A stretch of 64,000 nt of DNA from Dehalococcoidia bacterium (GCA_050011565.1 JBEKIW010000001.1:544001-608000), one strand, 5' to 3'; positions 37,419-48,498 are shown, numbered from the stretch's first letter. Made by a program: numbers and translations. Notes: generated by a model not told the origin, from the letters alone.

Positions 37419-38387
37419 ATGCCAAAGAAAGTATCAGTTATCGTGGTCAACTTTAATGGAATGTCTCATATTGACACCTGCATTGCTTCGCTCTCAAACC
37501 AGACTTATCGGCATTTTGAAGTCATTTTTGTTGACAATAACTCTAGCGATGGAAGTTTGCAGTATGCCCAGAACAAGTCACCCCGGTTAAATTTCGTTCA
37601 AAATGACAAAAACCTTGGTTATGCCGGTGGCATCAATTCCGGCTTAGCTCATGCAACGGGAGACTACATTGCACCGCTTAACATAGACACTGAAGTTACC
37701 CCAAACTGGTTGGGCACAATGGTTAGTTTTTTGGACGCTAATCCACAGGTAGCTGCTGTAACGCCCAAAATACTGTTATTTAATGACCGTAGTAAGATCA
37801 ATGCCCTGGGTTTGAATATTCATGTGACCGGGCTTGGCTTCTGTAGACAGTTAGGTAATCCAGACGATGGTTCAATTAGTCCGGAGAAGGTATCAGGAGT
37901 CAGTGGCTGCTCTTATCTAATCAGACGTGAAATATTAGAGCGTATGGGTGGTGCCCCTGAGGAATGCTTCATGGGCAATGATGATGTAATCATTTCTTGG
38001 CTGGTGAATTTAATGGGCTATGACATATACTGTGTGCCGGAAGCAACGGTCTACCATAAATACACGTTGAAAGTGAGCCCCGAGAGGATTTACACCCTGG
38101 AGAAAAACCGCCAAGCCTTATTATTGTCTACGTTAAAACCTTTGACTTTTGCAGCTTGCTTTCCTATTTTTGCTGTAATAGAAATTTTGACGGTAGGTTA
38201 TTGCACATTAAAGGGTATGACATATCTTAAAGCTAAGTTCAGCGCCTTCAGTTCCATGTGGAAAGAAAGAGACGATATAAAACAGAAGCGCGTGAGATAC
38301 ATGCATTTGAGAAAAGTCTCCGATTTCGAGTTGTTGAGAAAACTAAAGTGGAATCTTGATTGGAAACAGATATTGCGGCTCTTTTAG
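37419..38387 (+). CDS. Glycosyltransferase family 2 (rhamnosyltransferase-like)
   Basis: VIVVNFNG, VDNNSSDGS, NLGYAGG.N, LNID. Confidence 0.9.
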   Translation: MPKKVSVIVVNFNGMSHIDTCIASLSNQTYRHFEVIFVDNNSSDGSLQYAQNKSPRLNFVQNDKNLGYAGGINSGLAHATGDYIAPLNIDTEVTPNWLGTMVSFLDANPQVAAVTPKILLFNDRSKINALGLNIHVTGLGFCRQLGNPDDGSISPEKVSGVSGCSYLIRREILERMGGAPEECFMGNDDVIISWLVNLMGYDIYCVPEATVYHKYTLKVSPERIYTLEKNRQALLLSTLKPLTFAACFPIFAVIEILTVGYCTLKGMTYLKAKFSAFSSMWKERDDIKQKRVRYMHLRKVSDFELLRKLKWNLDWKQILRLF

Positions 38388-38426
38388 CGAAATCTCACCA
38401 GACACCAAAAGTTAGGGTGGCAAAAC

Positions 38427-39479
38427 ATGCTTGCAGGGCAAGGCAAAATGGTTGCTAATGCTCCTTTTATAAGCATTGTCATAGTTAATTATAATGGCAA
38501 GCGTTTCCTAGGAGAATGCTTAGCTTCCTTAAAAAACTCAGATTATCCCCGGGACAGATTCGAGGCGATATTTGTTGATAATGCTTCTAAAGATGAGTCT
38601 GTAAAATATGTAAAGGAAACTTTCCCTTGGGTTCGTATACTGGCACTAGATAAGAATTATGGCTTCGCAGAAGGGAATAATAGGGGCGCGCAATTGGCAG
38701 ACGGAGACTTCATTTTTTTACTTAATAGTGACACAGTTGTGGAATCAACATGCATCTCTAAGCTGGTGAAGACGATGGAAACCGACCCTGCCATCGGATG
38801 TTCTGTACCTAAAATCTATTTCTATGATAGCCCGGAAGTTCTAGATAGTGCTGGCTCTACTTTTGACAATTTAGGATTTTGCTGGTCACTGAGCTTTAAA
38901 CAGGAAGATTCGAAGGAAGACAATGAAATAAAAGAGGTACCTATGGCTACCGCCTGCGCCTTGCTTTTTCGCAGGCCCATTTTGAGCCAAACTTATCTTT
39001 TCGACTCCTCTTTTTTCATGGCTTACGAAGAGCTAGATTTTAATTTGAGAGTGCGCGAGCTGGGATACAAAATTAAGCTGGTACCAACTGCCAGGATATA
39101 TCACAGATTCTCAGCCTCACAACAGACTTATTTCAGCACTCAACCTACTATCTTCAAGCAGTTCAACAGCAACAGGAATAGGGCTAAAATATTAACAAAA
39201 TACTACCCGGCCAAAATACTCCTAGCCAATGCCCCTATGATATGTTTAAGCTTTGTCTACTGGGATTTATTTATTCTTAAACACGGTGGCTTTCTGAAAT
39301 TCTTTCAGGCCATCGGGGCTCAGCTCAGCTTCGCAATGTCCGGCTTAATCGAACGCTGGCAACGAAAAGACCGGCACCCGGAAAGATGGATCAACTTTAT
39401 GAGGCATCATTCACTCCGCGAATTAGTTCGATTTGGTACGCAAATGAGCGAACTGTATGAGGGTAAATTAGAGTTATGA
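38427..39479 (+). CDS. Glycosyltransferase family 2 (rhamnosyltransferase-like)
   Basis: SIVIVNYNG, VDNAS.D, NYGFAEGNN, LLNSD, FFMAYEELD. Confidence 0.9.
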   Translation: MLAGQGKMVANAPFISIVIVNYNGKRFLGECLASLKNSDYPRDRFEAIFVDNASKDESVKYVKETFPWVRILALDKNYGFAEGNNRGAQLADGDFIFLLNSDTVVESTCISKLVKTMETDPAIGCSVPKIYFYDSPEVLDSAGSTFDNLGFCWSLSFKQEDSKEDNEIKEVPMATACALLFRRPILSQTYLFDSSFFMAYEELDFNLRVRELGYKIKLVPTARIYHRFSASQQTYFSTQPTIFKQFNSNRNRAKILTKYYPAKILLANAPMICLSFVYWDLFILKHGGFLKFFQAIGAQLSFAMSGLIERWQRKDRHPERWINFMRHHSLRELVRFGTQMSELYEGKLEL

Positions 39480-40627
39480 AAGTTTTAATGCTCAGCTTTA
39501 TTAGCGGAATATTAGTGGAGGATTATCTAAAGCCTCTGATTACCAGTTTGTTACAAAACGGCCAAGTTGCTGACATAACTCTGGTTGTCCCAGAATACAA
39601 TGACGCTCCATCTTTTATCGACGATCTGGGTATGAGCAATTGTGAGGTACGGAAATTTCGATTCTGGTCAGGTCTTTCCAAGGCTATGGCAGGTGCACTC
39701 AATCCTCACCTTTACCGTCGTTTAGTTAAGGACATAGAGGCGATAAACCCAGACATTGTCCACATTGTCTTTGAGCATCGGATACCTTTTCTCTTCGTCG
39801 CTGAACTCCATCAAAAATACCCCATAGTGAGCACAATTCACGAGCCCAGAGCAATAATACACACGGCACTAAGGTCTAGTTTACTCAATCTAATCCAAGA
39901 GACAAATTGTAAATTTATCATGAAATCATCGGACAAAATAATAGTACATGGACAAAACCATATGCAATATTTGTTGGCTAAAAGTATTCCAGACCATAAG
40001 ATTCGGATAATTCCACTTGGTGCCTTCTCGTCTTTCGCACCTTTACGAAATGACGAGGTGCAAACTCAACCAGAGAATATTTTATTCTTTGGCAGGATAA
40101 CTCCCTACAAAGGCATAGAATATTTGATAGAGTCAGGAAAGCTGATTAAGCAGCAGTTTCCTGAAATAACCATAACTATTGCTGGCGAGGGGGACTTTAA
40201 CAAATACAGAGGGCTTATCAAAGGGGATAGCCACTTTACAATCTGCAATAGGTTTATACCTGATAATGAGGTTGCCATGCTTTTTCAAAAAGCGGCTATC
40301 GTGGTTCTACCCTATACTGACGGCTCACAAAGTGGCATCATATCTATTGCCGGCAGTTTCAAAAAGCCGGTTGTTGTCACAAATGTTGGCAACTTCTCTG
40401 AAATGGTGGAAAATGGGAAGACTGGTTTCGTGGTTGCGCCAAGAGATGCCACGGGCCTAGCAAAAGCTATAATTAAGCTACTGAAAAATGATAAATTGAG
40501 ACAGGAAATGGGTGAAAACGCCTATAGTGCCATAAAAGAGAGATTCTCCTGGGATGATATTGCCCAAAAAACAGTTTGTGTCTATGAAGAGGCAATCAAG
40601 ATTTGGCGCACAGATAACTTCAGGTGA
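39476..40627 (+). CDS. Glycosyltransferase family 4
   Basis: LFFGRITPYKG, VLPY..SQSG, KPVVVTNVG..E.V.NG.TG, FSWD.IA. Confidence 0.92.
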   Translation: MKVLMLSFISGILVEDYLKPLITSLLQNGQVADITLVVPEYNDAPSFIDDLGMSNCEVRKFRFWSGLSKAMAGALNPHLYRRLVKDIEAINPDIVHIVFEHRIPFLFVAELHQKYPIVSTIHEPRAIIHTALRSSLLNLIQETNCKFIMKSSDKIIVHGQNHMQYLLAKSIPDHKIRIIPLGAFSSFAPLRNDEVQTQPENILFFGRITPYKGIEYLIESGKLIKQQFPEITITIAGEGDFNKYRGLIKGDSHFTICNRFIPDNEVAMLFQKAAIVVLPYTDGSQSGIISIAGSFKKPVVVTNVGNFSEMVENGKTGFVVAPRDATGLAKAIIKLLKNDKLRQEMGENAYSAIKERFSWDDIAQKTVCVYEEAIKIWRTDNFR

Positions 40628-40662
40628 AGTAGAGAATAGAGTTCAATAGAGGTGTCCACTGA

Positions 40663-43005
40663 GTGACTATGCCTAATGATTGGGGAATTAAGAAAAGCCT
40701 GATTTTGTCGCTGGCTATTTTGTTGGCTTGGCTCGGGCTTCTTGGGCTAGCTAGTGCTGGTTTCGATGTCCCATATCTAAGGCAGATCGTTGGCTTCATT
40801 TTTTTAACCTTTGTCCCCGGCATGCTCATACTCAGGATACTGCGAATTCACAACGTTGGCTTAATAGAGAGCCTGGTCTACTCAGTTGGCTTAAGCCTGG
40901 CCTTCATTATGTTCAGTGTGGCATCGATAAACTTCATCCTTCCGCTCATTGGCATTCTTCGGCCGATTTCACTGCTGCCGGTAACCGCCACTCTGGTAGT
41001 GCTGACGCTAATATTGATGACTCTCGCCTATGTGCGAGACAGAGGTTTCACACATCAAGGTGAGGCAAAGCCGAGAGAAAAAATATACTTGCCGGCAGTC
41101 CTCTTCCTTATCTTGCTCCTCCTGTTGACCGTTCTCAGCGTCGCCTTAATCGATGCCTATCAGAATAACATTTTGCTTCTCATTTGCTTAGTTGCCATAG
41201 CTGGAGTTGTTGGCCTGGCTGCCTTCGGCAAGTTCATCCAACCGAACATCTATCCGCTGGCCATATTCATCATAGGCCTCTGTCTTCTGTACCAGACAAG
41301 TCTGATGTCCCCTTACCTGATAGGCTCGGACATTTACACCGAGTACCACTACTACAAACTTGTGGCTAGCTCCGGCTTATGGGATGCTTCAATCCCCAGC
41401 ACCGTCAATTCATGCCTGAGCATCACCATGCTGGCGCCGGTCTATTCGCTATTCCTCAACATAGATGGTATATGGATTTTCAAAGTGGTTTATCCTCTTC
41501 TCTTTGCGTTGGTGCCCTTAATTCTGTTCCATACTTTCAGCCAGCAGATGAGTTCAAAGAAGGCGTTTCTCGCCACCTTCTTTTTCGTGGCGGTGCCCAC
41601 CTTCTCGCTGGAGATGATTTCCCTGTGCCGGCAGCAGATTGCCGAGCTTTTCCTGGCTCTGGTCATTCTGCTTCTGGTGGACAGAAAGCTTAGCTTGATG
41701 CCAAAATTGGCACTGGCACTCATCTTTGCCACCTCAATAGTCGTCTCCCACTATAGTGTAGGCTTTATTGGTTTCATCTATATGGGGCTTTTCCTGCCAT
41801 TTGTATTGCTGCTAAGAAATAACATCTTCAGGAAGGCATGGAGCTGGTTGACCAAAAAATTCGGCGGCTTGCCCAAGAGCTTAATGTCACCAAAAGCCCT
41901 GCCCTTAAAATTGCTGATAATATTAGTAGTCATATACTTCGTAGCTGGCTTTGCCTGGTACGGGACTATTGCCTCGGGAGTAAACCTTAATTTGCTAAGT
42001 AGCGTGTGGACTGGACAAACGGGTGTTATCACAACCGAGCTTGCTAAAATACCTACTCAAACTACTCAATCTGCTCAACCTCTTGCGTTCTTTGACTTCA
42101 GCAATCGTGATCCATTGATTCAGACTGCCTTAGGGCTTGATTTCCCACAGGCATCATTACAAGGAAAAGGCTTCCGGATATTCCAGTTTATAACCCAAAT
42201 TTTCCTGATTGCTGGATGTCTCAGGCTCATCTTCAGGCCTAAAGGCTTGAGATTTACCACTGAATACATTGCCCTAAGTGTGACCAGTGTCCTGCTAATA
42301 TCAGCCTGTATTTTCCTGCCCGGATTTGCCAAGGGGCTGAACACCACACGGTGGTATCACATCACCTTGATCACATTAGCACCTTTCTGCATCTTGGGTG
42401 GTGAGGCTATCTGGCTGGGTATAAATTCTCTATGGCATAGGTTAAGGCATGCGATACACAAAGCCGTGGCCGAAAAGGCTGAGGACAGCCAAGCTTTCCT
42501 TGGCTTCATGGCTCTGGGCATTTTGATACCCTACTTCTTGTTCACCTCCGGCTTCATCTACGAGGTCACTAGGCAAGAGGTTACTGACAGAGTTGACACC
42601 CCTTACTCCATCGCTCTCAGCAGCTACCGCCTGGACCTGGCTGGTGTCTACTACTGGCAGGATGATGCTGCTGCCAGCTGGCTGACACAACAAGCCAGCG
42701 ACAAGACCAAGGTTTACACTGACTACCACGCCTCTAAGCCTCTAGCGTTCCATGAGTTCCCGGGGCAAATAGTTGGTTTACCCTTGGATGCCAGCAAGCT
42801 TTCAGAAGACGGCTACTTCTATTTTAGCACCTGGAACATGGGCAAGGGTGAAATGACCTTTGTTGTTTACCAAATATCTGGGCAGCCTATAGCTGGGCTG
42901 AGGCAGAGTAAAAGCTTTGCTGATATTCCGGGACTGAACGAAGTTATGGGGGAGAAAAACAGAGTCTACAACAACGGCGGCGCTCAAATTTTGGCGCCAA
43001 GGTAA
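40663..43005 (+). CDS. DUF2206-type polytopic membrane protein (GT-C-like architecture)
   Basis: Many TM helices; GSDIYTEY, NSCLSITMLAP, FKVVYP, EMISLCRQQIAE, SHYS and C-terminal A.WL..YNNGG motifs recognised from DUF2206 proteins. Confidence 0.75.
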   Translation: MTMPNDWGIKKSLILSLAILLAWLGLLGLASAGFDVPYLRQIVGFIFLTFVPGMLILRILRIHNVGLIESLVYSVGLSLAFIMFSVASINFILPLIGILRPISLLPVTATLVVLTLILMTLAYVRDRGFTHQGEAKPREKIYLPAVLFLILLLLLTVLSVALIDAYQNNILLLICLVAIAGVVGLAAFGKFIQPNIYPLAIFIIGLCLLYQTSLMSPYLIGSDIYTEYHYYKLVASSGLWDASIPSTVNSCLSITMLAPVYSLFLNIDGIWIFKVVYPLLFALVPLILFHTFSQQMSSKKAFLATFFFVAVPTFSLEMISLCRQQIAELFLALVILLLVDRKLSLMPKLALALIFATSIVVSHYSVGFIGFIYMGLFLPFVLLLRNNIFRKAWSWLTKKFGGLPKSLMSPKALPLKLLIILVVIYFVAGFAWYGTIASGVNLNLLSSVWTGQTGVITTELAKIPTQTTQSAQPLAFFDFSNRDPLIQTALGLDFPQASLQGKGFRIFQFITQIFLIAGCLRLIFRPKGLRFTTEYIALSVTSVLLISACIFLPGFAKGLNTTRWYHITLITLAPFCILGGEAIWLGINSLWHRLRHAIHKAVAEKAEDSQAFLGFMALGILIPYFLFTSGFIYEVTRQEVTDRVDTPYSIALSSYRLDLAGVYYWQDDAAASWLTQQASDKTKVYTDYHASKPLAFHEFPGQIVGLPLDASKLSEDGYFYFSTWNMGKGEMTFVVYQISGQPIAGLRQSKSFADIPGLNEVMGEKNRVYNNGGAQILAPR

Positions 43006-43048
43006 CCATTGAAAGCTCATGACGCGGTAGGCGACAGTTGAGCATTCA

Positions 43049-44215
43049 TCAGGCTTTGGTGTGGATATGGCGGGAAGAATAAGTATCTTCGAGTATTTGA
43101 AGTGTTTGTTGCGCTGCCTTTTTCCAGGAAAAGAGCTTAGCCCTTTCCAATCCCTTCCTACGCATTTGCTCCCGGAGCTTACCGTCTGAAACAACTTTAT
43201 ATATTGCTTCAGCTATTTCATCAACGTTATACGGGTCTACAAGTATGCCAGCATCACCTACCACTTCGGGCAGTGAAGAGGCGTTTGAGGTTATCACCGG
43301 CGCACCACAGGCCATTGCCTCAAGTGGTGGTATCCCGAAGCCTTCGTGAAGAGAAGGAAAGACGAACACATCGGCACCGCTCATCAAAAGAGGCAATTCT
43401 TCTTGAGGCACATACCCAGTAAAAATTACCTCACCCTCTAATCCATTTCTTCTCACCGCCTGAAAAACCTTTTCATCGCCCCACGCCCGCTTGCCAGCTA
43501 TGACCAGCTTGTGAACGATTTTGCCATCTCTTTTTAGAGAAGCGAAGGCTTCAACAAGCCTGAGGATGTTCTTCTTCGGTTCCAATATGCCAACGTAGAT
43601 TATATAGCTACTAACTATGCCATATTTCCGCAATGCAGTTTCTACCTTATGTGGATCTGGTGAGGGTTTGAAAATATCGTCATCATATCCAGGATAGACA
43701 ACGGAAATCTTCTCAGGTTTTGCCCCGAGAAGGTTGATTAAATCTTTCTTAGTTGACTGAGAAATCGCGATAATTTTGTTGGCACGTCTAGCTGCATGCG
43801 AAACCTCTTTGCCAAACTTAAACCGGAAATCAGCCCTATGAGCACCTTTCAGAACCACAGGAGTAAGGTCATAAATTATAACAACCCGGGGATAAGGGTG
43901 GTATAGAGGCAGAGCGGGATGTGTTGACAGAAACAAATCTGGCTTGTCCAATGATAGTTGCGCGGAAAAGCCAGTATAGTACCAGAACGTCCAGGAGTAC
44001 CAGAATGGCAGAAAGCTGAGTAGGTCCGGTACCTCTTTAATCGTGAAATTGTCATTCTCAATGCTGAGTTTCCCAGTCTCAAGCCGCATACTATATACAG
44101 TATATCTGTTTCTGCTATCGACCTTGGCTAAAGATTCAAGCAGGTTGGTGGTATAAGTTGCCAGCCCCGCTCCCTGCCTATCTCCTAGCCATACAGCATC
44201 AATAGCAATATGCAT
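43049..44215 (-). CDS. Glycosyltransferase family 4 (MtfB-like)
   Basis: IAIDA, YVGILEPKKN, FVFPSLHEGFGIPPLEAMACG, SSLPEVVGDAG. ATG at 44215 has a GGGAG RBS. Confidence 0.93.
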   Translation of the reverse strand: MHIAIDAVWLGDRQGAGLATYTTNLLESLAKVDSRNRYTVYSMRLETGKLSIENDNFTIKEVPDLLSFLPFWYSWTFWYYTGFSAQLSLDKPDLFLSTHPALPLYHPYPRVVIIYDLTPVVLKGAHRADFRFKFGKEVSHAARRANKIIAISQSTKKDLINLLGAKPEKISVVYPGYDDDIFKPSPDPHKVETALRKYGIVSSYIIYVGILEPKKNILRLVEAFASLKRDGKIVHKLVIAGKRAWGDEKVFQAVRRNGLEGEVIFTGYVPQEELPLLMSGADVFVFPSLHEGFGIPPLEAMACGAPVITSNASSLPEVVGDAGILVDPYNVDEIAEAIYKVVSDGKLREQMRRKGLERAKLFSWKKAAQQTLQILEDTYSSRHIHTKA

Positions 44216-44234
44216 ATGCAATCTCCCACGGTCA

Positions 44235-45365
44235 CTATCGAGAAAAAGCCTCAAATAACCGCAGCATTTCTTTTGCCGCCTTGTGCCACGAGAATAACCT
44301 TGCTCTTTCCAATCCCTTTCGGCGCATTTGTTCGCGAAGGTTACTGTCCGATATCACACGGTACATTGCCTCTGCAATTTCTTGGATATTGTACGGGTCT
44401 ACCAATATACCAGCATCACCTACCGCCTCTGGAAGAGAGGAGGCATTAGAGGTTATCACCGGTGTGCCGCAGGCCATGGCTTCAAGCGGCGGTATCCCGA
44501 AGCCTTCATGGAGTGACGGGAAAACAAAAACATCTGCCCCATTCATCAGCAAAGGCAGTTCCTCATGCTGCACATAGCCTGCAAGGATGACCTCATCATG
44601 TATAGCAAACTTGTCAATTGCACGAGAAACAGCCTCATGACCGAATGATTTCTTGCCAACCATCACAAGTTTATGTGGAAGCCTTCGTTCCTTCTTCAAA
44701 AGAGCGAAGGCTTCGATGAGGCGAGGAATATTCTTGTTGGTCTGCAAAGTCCCGGCGTACAGTATATACTTATGAGGTATATTGAATTTTCGCATGGTTG
44801 ATTTCACCTTGTTTGGTTGCACTTCAGGTTTAAAGACACTGTCATCATATCCTGGATAAATGACATGTATCTTCTCAGGCTTAGCGCCGAGCCGATGGAT
44901 TAAATCATTCCGTGTTGATTGCGAAATGGCGACAATTGCATCAGCATTTTTGACTGTGTGTGAAATATACTTCTCGAATATAGCACGTGCGTACCACGGG
45001 TAAGTTCCCTCAACGATTAGTGGTATTATGTCATAAACTATGGCAATTGCTGGTGATGGGCAATAGAGAGGTAATGCAACATCCGTCGATAGGAATAAAT
45101 CCGGCTTACCTAGTGATAGCTGCACATCAAAGCCAATGCGGTGCCACAACCTCCAAATAAGCCTAAGAATTTTGGGGCGTGGTATCTTTTCAATTCGGAA
45201 CTTATTGCTTTCGATACCCAATTCTATCTTACTAAACTGCGTACCTTGAATAGTGTAATTGTTTGTTCTATCGATACTGGCTAGCAGTTTAAGTATGTTT
45301 AAAACATAAGTTTGTACACCTGTTGGCTTTTCACCAAGCGGCGATGCGTCAACGATAATATGCAT
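44235..45365 (-). CDS. Glycosyltransferase family 4 (MtfB-like), paralogue of neighbour
   Basis: Same FVFPSLHEGFGIPPLEAMACG..SSLPE.VGDAGILVDPY C-terminal motifs. Confidence 0.93.
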   Translation of the reverse strand: MHIIVDASPLGEKPTGVQTYVLNILKLLASIDRTNNYTIQGTQFSKIELGIESNKFRIEKIPRPKILRLIWRLWHRIGFDVQLSLGKPDLFLSTDVALPLYCPSPAIAIVYDIIPLIVEGTYPWYARAIFEKYISHTVKNADAIVAISQSTRNDLIHRLGAKPEKIHVIYPGYDDSVFKPEVQPNKVKSTMRKFNIPHKYILYAGTLQTNKNIPRLIEAFALLKKERRLPHKLVMVGKKSFGHEAVSRAIDKFAIHDEVILAGYVQHEELPLLMNGADVFVFPSLHEGFGIPPLEAMACGTPVITSNASSLPEAVGDAGILVDPYNIQEIAEAMYRVISDSNLREQMRRKGLERARLFSWHKAAKEMLRLFEAFSR

Positions 45366-45550
45366 GTAACTTCAGCTATGAAATACTAGTTTAGTATGGA
45401 ATTGCAGACCACTATGCGAATCCTGTAAAATGAACCCACCTACTGGAAGGCATTTTCTAGCAGTGCGATTATATCACATAAGCGCTACGCAGTTTACCGC
45501 TGTTGCTGGACATATTCATCACTTAATATGCGAGAATGCGAGATTGAGCG

Positions 45551-46543
45551 TTGCTAATTTCAATGATAAACGTTCTTAATAAATTATGGCTGGCATTTAA
45601 AAAACTGGTACGTGGCTTGACGAAAAACATACTTCAGAGAAATCCAGAAATTGAATATAAAGTATCCACCATCAGCGAACGCATAGATGATATGTTGTAT
45701 AAAATTAGTAGTAAGAATTATGAATATATGAATGGTTTTCCGTATCCAAGGAAGGTAAATTTGCTGCGATCCAAATTATGTACAGAGTCTGATTTCCATC
45801 AACGTTGGTTTAGGCATTGGCGCAAGTTGCTGGGTTATAAATCTACGCAGTTGCATAGAAAAATCTGGGAATATGCCACCATTGCACAAGCACTTTACGA
45901 AAGAAACATGCTTGAACCAGGGAAAAAGGGGCTTGGTTTTGGCGTGGGGACAGAACCTCTGCCTTCATTATTCGCATCACGCCATTGCCATGTCCTGGCC
46001 ACAGATATTGGGCCTGATACAGAGGGAGGAAAACTATGGGTGCAATCAAAGCAACACTTGTTTTGTACAGGTGACTTAATCAAAAACAACCTCTTCGACG
46101 CAGCTTCCTGTAGAAAATATGTATCATACCAGCAAGTTGATATGCGTAACATACCTGAAAGCCTTAGGGATTTCGATTTTACGTGGTCTAGTTGCGCATT
46201 TGAGCATCTCGGCTCTATCCAAAATGGTATTAATTTTATAGTAAATCAGATGAGTTGCCTTAAAGAAGGCGGTTGGGCAGTTCATACGACAGAATTCAAT
46301 TTGACATCTAATGAGCGAACGTTGGAAGGCAAAGACCTTGTATTTTTCAGGAGGAGTGATATTGAGCACCTGATAGAGTTGCTAAATCAAAAAGGGTATT
46401 TTGTGGAAGAATTAGATACCAGCGTTGGATTGACGAAAAGTGATTATTTTGTAGATGTACCTCCTTATAGCCACAGCCCGCATCTGAAATTAAGAATGGG
46501 TAATTATGTTATTACTTCTATTATTCTTATTATTCGTAAGTGA
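45551..46543 (+). CDS. Class I SAM-dependent methyltransferase-like protein
   Basis: HRKIWEY, GLGFGVGTEPL, VLATD, VDMRNIP, FDFTWSSCAFEHLG, LKEGG. Start may be ATG at 45563. Confidence 0.75.
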   Translation: MLISMINVLNKLWLAFKKLVRGLTKNILQRNPEIEYKVSTISERIDDMLYKISSKNYEYMNGFPYPRKVNLLRSKLCTESDFHQRWFRHWRKLLGYKSTQLHRKIWEYATIAQALYERNMLEPGKKGLGFGVGTEPLPSLFASRHCHVLATDIGPDTEGGKLWVQSKQHLFCTGDLIKNNLFDAASCRKYVSYQQVDMRNIPESLRDFDFTWSSCAFEHLGSIQNGINFIVNQMSCLKEGGWAVHTTEFNLTSNERTLEGKDLVFFRRSDIEHLIELLNQKGYFVEELDTSVGLTKSDYFVDVPPYSHSPHLKLRMGNYVITSIILIIRK

Positions 46544-46619
46544 ATTGTGTTCAAGTGGCAATTTCTAAGATTTAATTTGTAATGCTTAACAGAAAATACT
46601 CTGGGGGCAGTCGTTAACA

Positions 46620-47708
46620 ATGTCCACACTAACTATAAAGAGCGCCGTGTTTAATGCCCTCAGGCATCTGGTCAGGCCTCTTTTTGGTACAGGAATAAGC
46701 AGACTTCCTGTGATAAAGAATCTATATCGTAATTTTTTGCTCAGCTTTGTGAATACTCCGCTGACTGTAAATGGCTACAAAATGTTTTGGTATCCTGAGC
46801 ACGCTGAGAAAGATGACCGGATCATGGAGACGTTATTTGCGTTTCACAACTACGAACCATACACTACAAGTCTATTTAAGCGGTTTGTAAGCGAAGGCAT
46901 GACTGTGGTCGATGTTGGTGCAAATCATGGTTACTTCACGCTATTGGCCTCTAAGCTTGTTGGCGATAAGGGCAAGGTATTTGCCTTCGAGCCTGACCCC
47001 GAAAGCTATGCAACGCTGGTTAAGAATATTGAGTTGAACGGCTACAAAAATATAGCCCCTTTACAGAAGGCAGTATCAGATAGAAGAGGGAAAGCCACCT
47101 TGTTTCAATATGAAGGTTCGGGAGTCAATAGCTTGCTTGTCTCTTACCATCGTTCAATAGGAAGTCGTTCACATCAATCGGTAGTAGTTGATTGCATAAG
47201 CCTCGATGAGTTTTTCGAAGAGAAAAAGCGTGAAATTGATGTGATTAAAATAGACGTTGAGGGTGGCGAAGTATCGGTGTTGAAAAGCATGAAAAAGATA
47301 CTTGAAACCAGTAATGAATTAAAGATTTTTATTGAATTTAATCTCGATTTCCTTCTAGAGGCGGGGATTGCACCACAGGAATACTTTGACCAGCTAACCA
47401 GCAGCGACTATAAATATATATACCGCATAGACGAAACGGAAGGTAAAATTGAGACGACTGATTGTGAACAAGCGGTTGAGTTTTGTTACAAATTAAAGTC
47501 GCCGCGATGCACAAATCTCCTCTGTTCCAAATGTGCAATAAATGTCGACAACAATATACAGCTGACTATCCATAAAGTTTCGACCCAGCGTCAGAATCGA
47601 ATAACCCGTCCCTGGCTCCGCGGTAACAGGCAGCGAGCTGCTTCATCTTCCGACGATACATCAAACTGCCGGTCACAAACCAGAAGCTGTAGCCAAAAAA
47701 GTAGATGA
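46620..47708 (+). CDS. FkbM family methyltransferase
   Basis: YEP.T, VVDVGANHGYF, VFAFEP, IKIDVEGGE. The 3' end overlaps the convergent GT2 gene. Confidence 0.9.
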   Translation: MSTLTIKSAVFNALRHLVRPLFGTGISRLPVIKNLYRNFLLSFVNTPLTVNGYKMFWYPEHAEKDDRIMETLFAFHNYEPYTTSLFKRFVSEGMTVVDVGANHGYFTLLASKLVGDKGKVFAFEPDPESYATLVKNIELNGYKNIAPLQKAVSDRRGKATLFQYEGSGVNSLLVSYHRSIGSRSHQSVVVDCISLDEFFEEKKREIDVIKIDVEGGEVSVLKSMKKILETSNELKIFIEFNLDFLLEAGIAPQEYFDQLTSSDYKYIYRIDETEGKIETTDCEQAVEFCYKLKSPRCTNLLCSKCAINVDNNIQLTIHKVSTQRQNRITRPWLRGNRQRAASSSDDTSNCRSQTRSCSQKSR

Positions 47709-48498
47709 AAAAAATGATACATTGGCATCTTGTGGCATGCTTCTTAATAAGGCGTATTCGATTTCGCGTGCCATAATAATCCCTAAATCCGACATTTGTC
47801 TTATTCGCCGATTGCCCGACCTTGTGCCAGATCCTTGCCACAGGAGCATATATAACTCTGTATCCTGCTTTCTTCGCCCTGATACAATAGTCGACATCTT
47901 CCCAATAGCAGAAATAGGCCTCATCAAATAGTCCAACCTTCTGAACAACTTCATTTTTGACCAGCAGGCAAGCGGCGATACAGTCAACATCCTGCTGCTT
48001 CTCGTACTGACCATCGTCTATCTGTTTATCGCCAATAGAAAAACTCAGACCCTTAACCATAAGTACCTTGGAACCGGCGCTTTGGATGCGCTTAGGAAAA
48101 GCATAGTAGTAAACTTTCGGACCAGCTATTCCAATCGAAGCACCAGCCATGGCTGCCTCGACTAGATGGTCAAGAAAATCAGGGGCGACAGTAACATCAT
48201 TATTAAGCAACAGGAGGTAATCGGGCTGGGAATTATCCATGGTATATTTCATTCCGATGTTCATTCCACCGGCGAAGCCGTCATTCCTGTCGTTCTGAAT
48301 GAGATGTATATAATCGCCAAACGTTTCCTTTAGCACCTGGGCGTCATTCCCTTGAGAGCCATTGTCCACGACGATAACTTCATAATTGGGATAGGTAATC
48401 TTCTTCAGAGACTCAAGGCATTCTACAGTATCCTCAAGCCCGTTCCAGTTTAGGATTATGATGGAGACCCTGGGTTGTGCAAGTTTCACTTTTGCCAT
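47566..48498 (-). CDS. Glycosyltransferase family 2 (rhamnosyltransferase-like)
   Basis: SIIILNWNG, VVDNGS, GFAGG.N.G, LLNND, FDEAYFCYWEDVD. Confidence 0.92.
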   Translation of the reverse strand: MAKVKLAQPRVSIIILNWNGLEDTVECLESLKKITYPNYEVIVVDNGSQGNDAQVLKETFGDYIHLIQNDRNDGFAGGMNIGMKYTMDNSQPDYLLLLNNDVTVAPDFLDHLVEAAMAGASIGIAGPKVYYYAFPKRIQSAGSKVLMVKGLSFSIGDKQIDDGQYEKQQDVDCIAACLLVKNEVVQKVGLFDEAYFCYWEDVDYCIRAKKAGYRVIYAPVARIWHKVGQSANKTNVGFRDYYGTRNRIRLIKKHATRCQCIIFFIYFFGYSFWFVTGSLMYRRKMKQLAACYRGARDGLFDSDAGSKLYG

